This document shows, piece by piece, positions 35,657 to 48,129 of a stretch of DNA of 64,000 bases. The stretch lies in contig NC_090340.1 of NCBI RefSeq assembly GCF_035084215.1, positions 5,766,001 through 5,830,000 of the forward strand, written 5' to 3'. The stretch is from Heptranchias perlo (lineage: Eukaryota). Numbering within the stretch: position 1 is the stretch's first letter; each line of letters starts with the position of its first letter. Under the pieces are notes generated by a model. That model did no database searches. It had not been told where the DNA came from and worked only from the letters and a program-made list of their open reading frames with translations. The position numbers and the translations under genes were made by a program.

Positions 35657-36064
35657 AAAGAACCCACCACTCTTCCGTTCTTACCTGGCTGTCCCCTAGC
35701 CTGCGGTTGAAGAATGCAGGCTGAATTGTGTTTTTATAAGCTACATAGTTGTTTCCATGTAGTTCAGCTGCTTTCACTCGTTTTACACAATGACTACACT
35801 TATGGGAATGCAATTGAACATACACAGGAAATAGGCGTTTATCTCCTTCTGGACACTAATTGCGGGCGCAATTCTTTATTTTTCTCAGGATGCAGCAGTG
35901 GTGCAATTGAATGTGAGCAAAATGTCAACGTGGCATTTTTATCAATTCCAATTGTAACCACCAGATGGCCTTATCCACATGATTACAAGCACCTTCTCAT
36001 ATTAAAAACATCTTCAAGTGCTTCGCATGGAAATAATTATTTTACGTGCAGTAAGTTTTGTTAG

Positions 36065-36295
36065 CTAGGCAAGTGCAGCAGCCAATTGGTGCATAGCAAG
36101 AACCTTCGACGAGATAAATGACCACCTATATTCTATGTTTAGTTTGTGCTGGCTGAGGGATAGATGCAAGACAGTGATCCATCTCAAGTACTGAATTAGA
36201 TAGAGGGATCTCACTTCAATGAGTCTTCTGAGGGATGGCACTTCTGCCAATGCAGCACACCATTCGCCATAGTGCATCAGTTTCTCAAGTGCTCT
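36065..36295 (-). mobile_element. Partial Deu-domain SINE (SacSINE1-like)
   Basis: Similar to 61545-61820 (GATGGCACTT...TGCAGCAC...TGCATCAG). Confidence 0.5.
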
Positions 36296-36334
36296 CAAAA
36301 TTCTACATTTCAATAAATGACCTCGAGTTCGATG

Positions 36335-38545
36335 TCCTGATCAACTTTCTTGATCAGTATGTTTCCGGCCCAATGAGGAAAGAGGCATTGCTGGTTCTAG
36401 TTCTGGGGAAGGAGGTGGGTCAAGTGGAACAAGTGCAAGCAGGCAACATTTAAAGATGAGTGAATATGGTATCATAAATTTTAGATTAGTTATGGAACAG
36501 GTCAAGGCACAATCGAGAGTAAAATACTTAATTGGAGGAGCGCCAATTTCCTTGGGTTGAGAACAGACCTGGCCCGGGTAAATTGGAATCAAAGATTGCA
36601 GGCAAAACTGTAATCGAACAATGAGCGATCTTTAAAGAGGAGATCGTTCGGATAGAATCTAGGCACATTCCCACGAGGTGGAAAGGAGAAGCAACCAAAG
36701 CCACAGCTCCCTGGATAATGAAAGAAAAAGAGAGGAAGATGAAGCAGGAAAAGAGGGTTTATGACAGATGTCAGGTTCATAATACAAGTGAGAACCAGGC
36801 TGAATAAAGAAAGTACAGAGGAGAAGTGTAAAAGGAAATAAGAAGGGCAAAGAGAGAGCACGAGAATAGACTGGGGGCTAACATAAAATGGAATCCAAAA
36901 GTTTCTATAGGCATATAAATATTAAACGTATAGTAATAGGATGGGGGGGGGGGGTGGGTTCGATTAGGAACCCAAATGGAGGCAGAGGACATGGCTAAGG
37001 TACTAAACGAATACTTTGCACCTGTTTTTAGCAAGGAAGAAGATGCTGCCAAAGTTACAGTAAATGGGATGCAGTTGCAATACTGGATGGGGTAAAGATT
37101 GATAAAGAGGAAGTACTAGAAAGTCTGGCTGTGCTTAAAGTAGATAAGTGATCCGGTCCGGATGGGATGCATCCTATGTTGCGGAGGGAAGCAAGGGTGG
37201 AAACTGCAGAGGTGCTGGACATAATCTTCCAAGCCTCCTTATGTACAGCGGTGGTGCCAGTGGACAGAAGAATTGCAAACTTACACCCTTGTTCAAAAAA
37301 GTGTGTAAGGATAAATCCGGCAAACACAGGTCAGTCAGTTTAACCTTTTAGAAGCTTTTAGAAACGATAATCTGGGACAAAATTAGTGGTCACTTGGACA
37401 AGTGTGGATTAATAAAGAAATGTCAGCATGGACTTGTTAAAGGCAAATCGTATTTAACGAATTTTATTGAGTTTTTTGATGAGGTAACAGAGAGGGTTGC
37501 TGAGAGCAATGCGATTGATGTTGTGTATATGGACTTCCAAAAGGCGTTTGATAAAGTGCCACATAGTTGGCTTGTTAGCAACATTGAAGTCCATGGAATA
37601 AAATGGGTAGTGGCAGCATGGATACGAAATTGGCCAAGTGACGGGAAACAGAAAGTAGTGGCGAACAGTTGTTTTTTTTCGAATTGGAAGACGGTATACA
37701 GTGGTGGTCCCCAGGCGTCGCCTAGGACCACTGTTGTTTTAAAATATATAATCAATGTAATCAGTGCAGCGGATAATGTTAGACTTCAAGAGGACATAAA
37801 CAGTGTGGTGGAATGGGCGAACACATGGCAGATGAAATTTAATGCAGTGTAATGCAAAGTGATACATTTTGGCAGGAAGAACGAGGTGAGGCAATATGAA
37901 CTAAATGGTGTAATTTTAAGAGAGTGCAGGAGCAGAGAGACCTGGAGGTATATGTGCACAAAGCTTTGAAGGTGGCAGGGCAGGTTGAGAAAGTGATTAA
38001 AAAAGCATACAGGATCCTGGGCATTAAAAATAGAGGCAGACAGTACAACAGCAAGGAAGTTATGTTGAACATTTATAAAACAACAATTCTAGGCAATGAA
38101 CTTTAGGAAAGATGTGAAGGCCTTAGAGAGAGTGTAGAAAATATTTACTAGAATGGTTCCCGGGATGAGGGAATCCAGTCATGTGGATAGACTGGAGAAG
38201 CTGTGGCTGTTCTCCTTAGAGAAGAGAAGATTGAGATGAGATTTGATAGAAGTGTTCAAAATCATGAAGGATTTAGATAAAGTAAATAAAGAGAATGTTT
38301 TCCTATTGGGGGAAGGGTCAAGAATCAGAGGACACAGATTTAAGGTGATGGGCAAAAGAACATGGGGGAAAACATTTTTATGCAGCGAGTAGTTATGCTC
38401 TGGAATGTGCTGCCTGAAAGGGTGGTGGAAGCAAATTCAATCGTGGCTTTCAAAAAGTAATTGGACAAAAACTTGAAGAGACGGAATGGGTCAATGGGCC
38501 AAATGGCCTCCTTCTGTGCTGTACCGATTCTATGATTCTATGCTT
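36335..38545 (+). mobile_element. Degraded CR1 ORF2 with 3' tail
   Basis: GPDGMHP, CQHGLVKGKS, YMDFQKAFDKVPH, WQMKFN and an ATTCTATG tail. Confidence 0.88.
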
Positions 38546-39846
38546 CTATTGTCTGTGTCTCTGACGAGAGTCAAGAACAATTTGTTCAGTCGTGCTGATG
38601 CTCAGTTGGAGGAGATTTTGAAATATTCAAGCTTTCTGTCAGGCAGGCAGTCTGACAGCTCAGAGATAAGTGTGGGGTCAAGCAACGCGACGGATGCATA
38701 GAGCTGGGTGTCTTTAGCGCAGAAATGGAAGCTGGCTCTACAGATGTTGGGACTTCCATTGGTGCTTCAGATATTGTTGATACCTGCCGGTTACTTGGAT
38801 TATCTGCCTTGCAGCTAGCGAACTCGAAGAATTAAAGAGGGTGCTCCGTTTCTGTTTCTTCTTGCTGGTATAGTGAGTGGGGGTTCCTGTTATACGTTCC
38901 ATGAGTCGGGTGGAAAGCGGCCAAAAATCTTGTCAAAGAGCGGAAATGGGTCGAAGTCATCCGGGAAGAGGCTGAAATCACCGTCATTGCAGGCGGGGGA
39001 AAGGAGCCCTGTACTTGCTTGAGTGGGGGTGTTGGCGGGCGGAAGAGTTGGGCTGAGCTAAATAATTGCTAAAGTTTGGGGAGGGGGAGGGGCGGTGGCA
39101 GAAAACAGCTCCACCGCTCAACACATGAGGGCTCTTTGCGCGGCCCGTCACTTTGTTCTATTTACAATAGTTCAGGGGATTTCTATCGATTACATTCTTC
39201 TGCAATCTGCTTTATCCCTTACAGAAATCCTTTACTTTCTATCTTCTATATATTCCAGCGGACCTCCATTCCTTTCCATAACTCGTCTAGTTTATACATT
39301 TTTCTCCATGATTGTATTCTTTCAGGTTTTTTTGAGTGCCATTCTCAAGAATATTTTTTCTTTTCCTATCAGTTTAAAGGTTTAAAATATTGCAATTGTA
39401 CAACCAGATGAAAGATTCTACTTGCTTCATTTCACTTAATTTTTGATACCTCAAATGCTGCGTGAAATGCATATAGTTTCTTAAGGTTGCGGATTGGGAT
39501 GTAACGTAACACTAGGAGGCGTCCCAGTGTTTCAATTTGTTATGTAAAGTTGCATGATAGTGCCACCTAATGGTGCAGTACCTTTGAACTCGTTTGCCCG
39601 CCCACCGATTTTAATAGCTAATGGATATAAAGAATAAATTAAATATTAAAATCAACACAATGGGTGATGGGTATTACGTATGCTTTAGTCAAGATTCTCC
39701 AGTAGTCCAATATTTGGATGATGGGTCTTCTTGAGTTTATCGAATATTGAACATTGATTAAAATTAGTGTTTTCATCATTTTTTTTTCAATATTTTCTCC
39801 AGGGTTCTCACCATTCTGAACATGTGACAGGACCCATTAAGAGGAC

Positions 39847-40075
39847 AGATGCAGCTGTGTAACCAAGGCACTGAACTCAGGTACCAATACTGACCCCTGG
39901 CAAAGCTGTGAAACTTCAGTATTGAGTCCAGGTACAGCTGTGTCACCCCAATATTGAGCCCAAGTACAGTTGTGTAACCGGCTTAATACCAGGTGCAGCT
40001 GTGTAAAAGCTGGTACAGAACCAACTACAGCTGTGAAATCCTTTCCAATCCGCAGGTACACCTCTGGTAACAGCT
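39847..40075. repeat. Degenerate ~30-32 bp minisatellite
   Basis: Recurring CAGGTRCAGCTGTGT.A...ATTGAG.C units. Confidence 0.65.
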
Positions 40076-40784
40076 CAGAAGGAGGGAATTCGGCTTATCG
40101 CACCTCTGCCATCTCTCTACCAACTTCGACCCATTCCATGCTCTATCCTCGCACCTTTCCATTTCAAATATATTTTTATCATCTTCACTGAAGCTATTCT
40201 AGATCCTGCTTCTACAATTATTTCTGGTAGGAAATCGCATGTCCTAAGAAACTTCTTCGCGGAAAGAAATTCCTAACCTCTTCCTTGGTTCTTTTGGTGA
40301 TGCTCTTACATTTGTGCTCGCTAGTTAAGGACTCACTGAGCAACGGTCCTTAGTGTTTACTGATTTACTTGAACAAAACGTCTCATGACCTTGAGGTTCG
40401 CCATCAGACCTCCTCTTAACTTTATTTGATCGAATGAAAATAGCCCCAATGTGTGATCTGTACGATAGCGGACCCAGCGATAGCTGAACAGGCTATTGTA
40501 CACACAAGCAGGTGCCTCAGCATTTCGATCTAAATGGCACTTTAACTTATGGAATGAAATGTTAGTGATCAGACACCCATTCCATCTCTGGAGAATTCAT
40601 CTGCAGGAACTGGCTGGAAACAGTTTAAGATTTTTAAGAAACCATTCTTGTGGAAAGAGTCGGTGCACCAGAAAAGCAAAGAAATTCAACTCAACAGGTG
40701 GAAGAGGGAGGAATGTACATGGGTTCATGTTAGGAGATGATATAAATAATCCAGAACAATGTCCTGAATTGTTATCTCTGTCGC

Positions 40785-41040
40785 ACTCTATCTCTCCTGC
40801 TGGTAGTTAGCTATGGCTCTCTTTCTCTCTCTGTGTACCTCTCGTTGTGTTTTTCTCTATATATATCTATCTATATATCTATCACTCTCTCTATCTGGGT
40901 GTCTCTATGTCTCTTTGTCTCTCTCTCTTTCTATCTCACTTCCTACGTGTCTCTGCTTCTCTCCGTTGGTCTCTCTCTCGCCCTGTTTATCTTTCTGTGG
41001 TTCTCTCCGTCTCAATGTCCGTCTCTCTCTGTTTTTCTGT
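40785..41040. repeat. CT/CTAT-rich low-complexity microsatellite
   Basis: Direct inspection. Confidence 0.85.
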
Positions 41041-42444
41041 CGAACTCCTAGTGTTCTGACTGCACTGTACATAACGCTATCGCTATTTTAATAAATTATT
41101 GAATAATACATCCAGTACATTTCAAGCAGATTTTTACCTTTCTCTGGTTAGAAATGGAGTGGAAATTCGAACCCTGTAGAAATAGCGTTACCAAGTCTTT
41201 TGGCTTCGACCAATTCAATCCTCACTGATGGCACAATGATTTTGGTAATTAATCGATTTCGTATTCAGATAAGATGCGTTTTTAATCTGTTGTCCGTTTC
41301 ACGTGTAAGAGGCTCCAGGCGGGTTTTAGTTTAAGATAGATGATTAATTCTAATTTTCACATATTCGGATCTACTCCTGCCGCGTTATTGTAGGTACTAC
41401 TAACCTTACACTGATAAAGGATTTGAAACAATATATTCATTTAGTGCTGCTAATTAGACTATTAAAGTTATTAGGGTTATCATCACAAATAATATGAGGA
41501 ATTTTAAGCAAATTCCGAGCTGACATCTTATTTAGGCTAAATAAGAAAGTGATGCCATCGGGCTGAGAATGACGGTTTCGAAAAATCAAAGAACCATTAA
41601 ACCTATAAAACACATCACATATTTCCGTTAAATTACTGAAACTGAAACGTACCAGGTTATTCTGAAGTTAAAACTAAGGAGCGTTACATGGAACAAGAGA
41701 ACAGATTGAAATTATGTTTAGTGAATATAAAGTAATGACATTGCTTAATATGGATACATAATAAGCAATGTAAAATGCAATATTCGGTCCATGTGAGACA
41801 CTGACGGACATTTAATACTTTTAAATAAATGGGTATCATAACATAACTTTAATACAGACAATATTTTATCGAAAAGCTAGCTACTGTCGCTGTGATGTCG
41901 ATTGTCGAGGTGTTGGGCGCAGTTACGCTGCTGTTTCCTCCCTAACAAAGAGAAGGACAATACAAAGTAAATTTTAAATGAACAAAGATTAGCATTAAAG
42001 TCCTTTTAATTCCAATTAGGTTCCTATCTATCTCTTGAATATTCTGCTTGCGGCACATACATCCTATGCCCGTTACTGGGCTTTCGCCTCCTGCTAATGA
42101 AGGTTCCTCAACCATCTGCGCAATATCGTGTTTGAATTAGTTCTGTATAAGATACTCACCTTTAAGGTACACGAAGGTCCCTCTCATACTTACATTTAAT
42201 AAGCGAAAGAGAGATGACTTTAGTTTAAAGCGTAGGGAAGTTCCAGGGGTTTCAAAAGCATTCCGTGTGTTTGCACGTTTCTAGCAAGATTGCAACCACA
42301 TCCTATAAGAATGATGAACAATCCCTCTGCGTCTTCTGTGTAGCCAAACCATAGAAGTTTATTTTATATAACCCGCTTCACAATTTCCTTATACACAGGT
42401 TATCAATCTGCGTTTTGCATTTCAATTGCTATTACTATCCAACT

Positions 42445-42630
42445 GAGGGAATCCCCGGGATATTATTTCCTTTGTAGCAACACAAAGTGCTCGAGGAAAT
42501 CTCCTGGAACACATGTAGCCTGTAGCTACACACACTACTAGAGGGAATCTCTAGAAACACATTTACCCTGTAGTTACACACATTACAAAAGGGAATTTAC
42601 AGGAACAAATTCAATTTGTAACTATTCACG
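42445..42630. repeat. Degenerate 48-bp tandem repeat, 4 copies
   Basis: Units start at 42445, 42493, 42541 and 42589 (RAGGRAATYY...TGTAG.TACACA). Confidence 0.75.
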
Positions 42631-43079
42631 GTATCAACCAGAAGAAAAACTCCAATTTCCATAACAGATGCAAAAGTAATATTACAAATGTATAATTTTC
42701 AGGATTTTTAGAACTGCCTGGTAATTTTGGTTTGGTTCTCGGGGGCTGCTACTACATAAATGCATTTGAAAAGATCTCGTCTATTGAGGGTTTTTTTTAG
42801 GGAAAGTGCAAATACATTTCAGAGAGGTTTTATAAAGCGCCTTCGTAATTATTGGGTATATTATCGGATCGGTCATGTCCCTGTTGTAGTGCTTGCCTCT
42901 CTAGTACTAAATCTATCCGTTCGCGTTTGTAACCAATGAAAAAGTCTTGGGTTGAAATAAAAGGTCATAGATGGATTTAAGCTTCCCTCCAGGTATATCA
43001 CCAAATAGGAAACATCTCCATAGTAACCGGATTGGATTACTTTCTCATCGTGGATCGGGGATTGTGTACAGTTGCTGCC

Positions 43080-46000
43080 TATGTGGACTTCCAGAACAAA
43101 TGATTATCAGCAAAAATAAAGAGCACATGGAATTTAAGGTATCCTTGTGAAATAGATTCGTAATTTGTTGGGAAGAATGAGACAGTGAGTAGGGTATAAA
43201 GGGTTTGTTCTTTGATTGGTGGGAGGTGACAAGTGGTGTTGTCCAGGGATCTACACTGGGCCATCACCTTTTCACCATACATATCAATGACTTGGATGAT
43301 GGAATAGAGAGTTGTGTATCCAAGTTTGCAGATGACACTGTTAGGAGGCACAATAAGTTGTGTCGATAGGAGCAGTAAGTCACAAATGGATATACACAGA
43401 TTTAGCGGCCGAACCTCTGGCAAATGGAGCTCAATCTGGGTAATTGTCAGGTCCTTCATTTTGGCTCTGAAAAGGACAAATTGGTATATGTTCTTGATGG
43501 TGAGAGACTGGTAGCTGTGGAGGAGCAAAGAGATTTTGGTGTCCATCAAATAAAAAATAGTGCACAGATACAAACAGTATACAAAACGGCTAATGGAACA
43601 AGATCATAATAGCATACGAAATAGGAGCAGGAAGAGGCCATACGGCCCCTGGGGCCTGCTCAGCCATTCAATAAGATCATGGCTGATCTTTGACCTCAAC
43701 TCCACTTTCCTGCCCGATCCCCATATCCCTTAATGCCCCTAGAGTCCAAATATATATCTCTCTCAGCCGTGAACATATTCAATGCCTCAGCATTCACAGC
43801 CCTCTGGTGCAGAGTATTCCAAAGATCCACAACCCTCTGAGCGAGCAATTTCCTCCTCATTTCAGTCTTAAATGGCCGACCCCTTATCCTGCGACTATGT
43901 CCCCTAGTTCTAGACTCTCCAGCCAGGGTAAACAACCTCTCAACATCTACCCTGTCAATCCCCCGGAGAATCTTGTATGTTTCAATGAGATCACGTCTCA
44001 TTCTTCGAAACTCCAGAAAATGCAGGCCCATTCTACTCAATCTCACCTCATAGGACAACCCTCTCATCCCAATAATCAATGTAGTAAACCTTTGTTGCAC
44101 GGCTTCGAAGGCAAGTATATCCTTCCTTAGGTGAGGAGACCAAAACTGTACACAGTATCTAGGTGAGGTCTCACTAAAACCCTGTACAATTATAGTAAAA
44201 CATCCTTACTCTTGTACTCCAAACCGCTTGCAAAAAAGGCCAAAATGCCATTTGACTTCCTAATTGCTTGCTGTAAGTGTATGATAAATTTTTTGAGTTT
44301 CTTATTTGAGGACACCCAGATCTCTATGAATAGCAACATGTAATAGTTTCTTTACTATTTTTTTAAAAATCTGTTTTCTATTCTTCCTACCAAAGTCAAT
44401 AATCTCATATTTCCCCACATTATACTCCATCTTCCACCTTCTTGCTCACTCAGCTTACCTGTCTGTATCCCTTTGCAGACTCCGTTTGCTCTCCTCACAG
44501 CTTACATTCCCACCTGGCTTTGTATCGTCAATAAATGCTGGTCTTTATCTTAAGAGGTTATGAATTCAAAAATGAGGAAGTTATGCTTCAGTTGTACAGA
44601 GCCTTGGTCAGACACCATCTGGAGTATTGCATTCAACTTTGGGTGCCAAACCTCAGGAAAGATATGTTGGCCTTGGAAGCGGTACAGTGCACATTCATCT
44701 GAATGAAAGCAGGGCTTAAAGGATTGATTTATAAGGACAGGTTGCTTGTATTCCCTTGAGTTTAGAAGGTTAGGGGATGATCTAATTGATGTGTTTAAAA
44801 TGATTAAAGGGTTTGATAGAGAAGATACTGCAAAACTAACTCCTCTAGTGGTGGAATCAACAGCTAGGCCATTCAGCAGTGAAATCAGGAAGCACTTGTT
44901 CACAGAGAGGGTTGTGGTCATCTGGAATTCACTTCGCAAAAAGTTGTGGATGCTGGCTCATTTGAAATTATCCAGACTGAGACGAATAGATTTTTTATTG
45001 GGTAAGGGTAAAAAGGGATATGGAGCAAAGGTGGGTAAATTGAGTTGAAGCTACAGATCAGCCACGATCTAATTTAATGGCGGAACGGGCTCGAGGTGAT
45101 GAATAGCCAACTCCTGTTCCTATGTTGTTATGTCCCATATTTCGGTGACAATTTAAAAAATAAAGTCATGAATGTGAATCGGTGAATATGTGAAATTATA
45201 AATGGAAGTTGTATAGTTACATGGAATTACATAGAATTACATAGAATGTACAGTACAGAAACAGACCATTCGGCCCAACAGATCCATGACGATGTTTATG
45301 ATCCTCATGAGCCTCCTCCCACTCTTCTTCATCTAACATCATCAACGCACCCTTCTATTCCTTTCTCCTTCATGTGTTTATCTAGCTTCCCCGTAAATGC
45401 ATCTATGCCATTCGCCTCAACTACTTCTTGTGGTAGCGAGTTCCACATTCTAACCACTCTTTGTTTAAAGAAGTGCTTCCTGAATTCCCTATTGGATTTA
45501 TTAGTGACTATCTTATATTTATGGCCCCTAGTTCTGGTCTTCCCCGCAAATGGGAACATCTTCTCTACATCTACCCTATCAAACCCATAATCTTAAAGAC
45601 CTCTTTCAGGTCACCCCTTAGTTTTCTCTATTCTAGAGAAATGAGCCCTAACCTGTTCAATCTTTCCTGATAGGTATAAGCACACAATTCTGGTATTATC
45701 ATAATACATCTTTTATGCACCTATTCCAGTGCTTCTATATCCTTCTAACAATATGGAGACTAGATCTGTTCACAGTACTCCAAGTGAGATCTAACCAAGG
45801 TTCCACACAAGTTTAACATAACCTTCCAATCCTCCTTAGATAAGGGGTTGGTGCCCAGAGGACTGGAAAATTGCAAATGTTAGACCCTTGTTCAAAAATG
45901 GGTGAAAGGTTAAACCAGGCAACTACAATGGTAGTTAACCTCGGTGGAGGGAAGCTTTCAAATGATAATCCAGGACAAAACTAATAGTCACTTGGACCAC

Positions 46001-46470
46001 TGTGGATTAATAAAGGAAAGCCAGCATGGATTTGTTAAAGGCAATTCGTATTTACCTAACTTGATTAAGTTTATTGATGAGGTAACATAGTGGTTTGATG
46101 AGGGCAATGCGGTTGATAAAGTGCCAAATAATAGGCTTGTCAGCAAAATTGAAGCCCATGGAGTAAAGGGGGCAGTGGCAGCACGGACATGAAATTGGCT
46201 AAGTGACAGGGAACAGAGAATAGTAGTGAACGGTTGTATTTCGGACTGAAGGAAGGCATATGGTCGTGTTCCCCAGGGGTCAGTACTGGGACAACTGCTT
46301 TTCACCAGTCTGAGAAACAACTATTCACCACTTTGCTCTGTTTCCTGTTACTTAGTCAATTTCGTATCTATGCTGCCCCTTTTATTCCATGGGCTTCAGT
46401 TTTGCTGACAACCCTATTATGTGGCACTTTATCAAATGCCTTTTGAAAGTCCATATGCACAACATCCATT
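43080..46470. mobile_element. Cluster of alternating-orientation CR1 fragments (+43080-43605, -43606-44540, +44550-45135, -45225-45830, +45830-46300, -46300-46470)
   Basis: RT and C-terminal CR1 motifs and 3' tails on both strands. Confidence 0.8.
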
Positions 46471-46561
46471 CAAAGTCCCCAATGGTACCTTGCTTCCAAG
46501 TTACCAGGATTTCGGTCTTTCCGAGCCCTTGGAAAATATTGTGTGAAGGGAGGCTGCGCGG

Positions 46562-47425
46562 CTACAACCACAACTACAACAACTTGCATTTATATATAGC
46601 GTCTTTAACGTAGAAAGCATCCCAAGGTGCTTCACAGCAGCGTTATCAAAGAAAATTTGACACTGAGCCACATAACGAGATATCAGGACAATTTTCAGCC
46701 GAGTTTTGGATGAGGCCAAGTGTATGAGGGGGCGGAAGATGGGAGGCTAGCCAGCTGTGCATTGGAATCGTCCAGTCTAGAGGTAGCAAATGCATGGATG
46801 AGGGTTTCAGATGCGGATGAGCAGAGGCAGGGGCGGAGGTTGACCATGTTACGGAGGTGGAAGTCGGCAGTCTTGGTGATGGGTGTGTGGTCAGATACTC
46901 ATCTCAGGGTAAATAGGACGTCAATGTTTTGAACGGTCTAATTCAGCCTAAGACAGTGGCCAGGCAGAGGGATGGAGTCAGTGGCTCGGGAACAGAGTTT
47001 GCGGCAGGGTCCAAAGACAATGGCTTCGATCTTCCCAATATTTGGAGGAAATTTTTGCTCATCCAGTAAGTCATACAAGCAATGTGACAAATGAGAGGCC
47101 GTGGAGGGGTCGATGGAGGTGGTTGTGAGGTAGAGCTGGGTGTTGTCAGCGTACATGTAGAATCTGACGTTGTGTTTCGGATGATGTCGCTGAGGGGGTC
47201 AATTATAGATCCTTGGGGGATTCCAGAGGTATCGTTATGAAAGCGGGAAGAGGAAACATTGCAGGTGATTCTCTGTCTATGACTGGATAGATAAGAATGG
47301 AACCAGGCGAGTGCAGTCCCACCTAGTTGGACGGCGGAGGAGAGGTGTTGGAGGAGGATGGTGTGGTCAACCGTGTTAAAGACTGGTCGAGAAGGATGAG
47401 GAGGGACCGTTTATCATCGTCACAG
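46562..47425 (-). mobile_element. L2 LINE 3' part
   Basis: MYADNTQLYL...NIGKIEAIVFG (L2 RT) and an L2-type 3' tail ending in TTG-like repeats. Confidence 0.8.
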
Positions 47426-48129
47426 TTTGCCATTTTCTGGAGCTAGAGGGTAAAGTTCGTGAGGTAACCAACTCTATGGGAGGAATGGGGTGGAAATTCT
47501 GCAATTGGAGTTTCAGAAACTAGCTAAGCAATAAGGGAGAAATACCTCCACGGTACAATCTCTGGACTATTAGCTGTGCTCTGTATTGTACCACTTAGCA
47601 ATGAACCGATCAGACAGGTCAATTTGTGTCTTGAGAATAAAAGGTAACGTTTTGGTTACATTCTCCCACCAAAGGGCAACACCCACAGGGAGAACATATC
47701 AGAAATTGCAGGGGTGCAGCCCTGATTTTCTGTAAATTAATTTGAAGATAAATTTGTTTCCACATCCGATAATGAAATGAAGAAAGGAAAACTGCCATAC
47801 TTGAGGCATTAAACAACTAAAATCACCAACAGTCATTTTGAGCCTTAACCAAAGTTTACTGGGTGTAATAAGAATGAACTTGAACCCAGAGTCAAGAAAC
47901 AAACATTATTTTGCTAATAGATGATCACAAAGAAAGTATTTGCATTTATAAAGTGCCTTTCACGACCCGGGACGTCGCAAAGACCGTCACAACCAATGAA
48001 ATGCTTTTGTAGACAAATTACACGTAACAGGGTCTTACAAACAGGAATGAGATAGTGGCCAGTCACTCCAGCTTTGGAGATGTTGGTTCGTTCTGTATTA
48101 GTTTTCTGTCCAGCTCTCATTGGAAGTAG

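Noticed and set aside
40813-41091. Hydrophobic Leu/Ser-rich ORFs (also Cys/Val-rich 50133-50354)
   Set aside because: Translations of CT and GT microsatellites.
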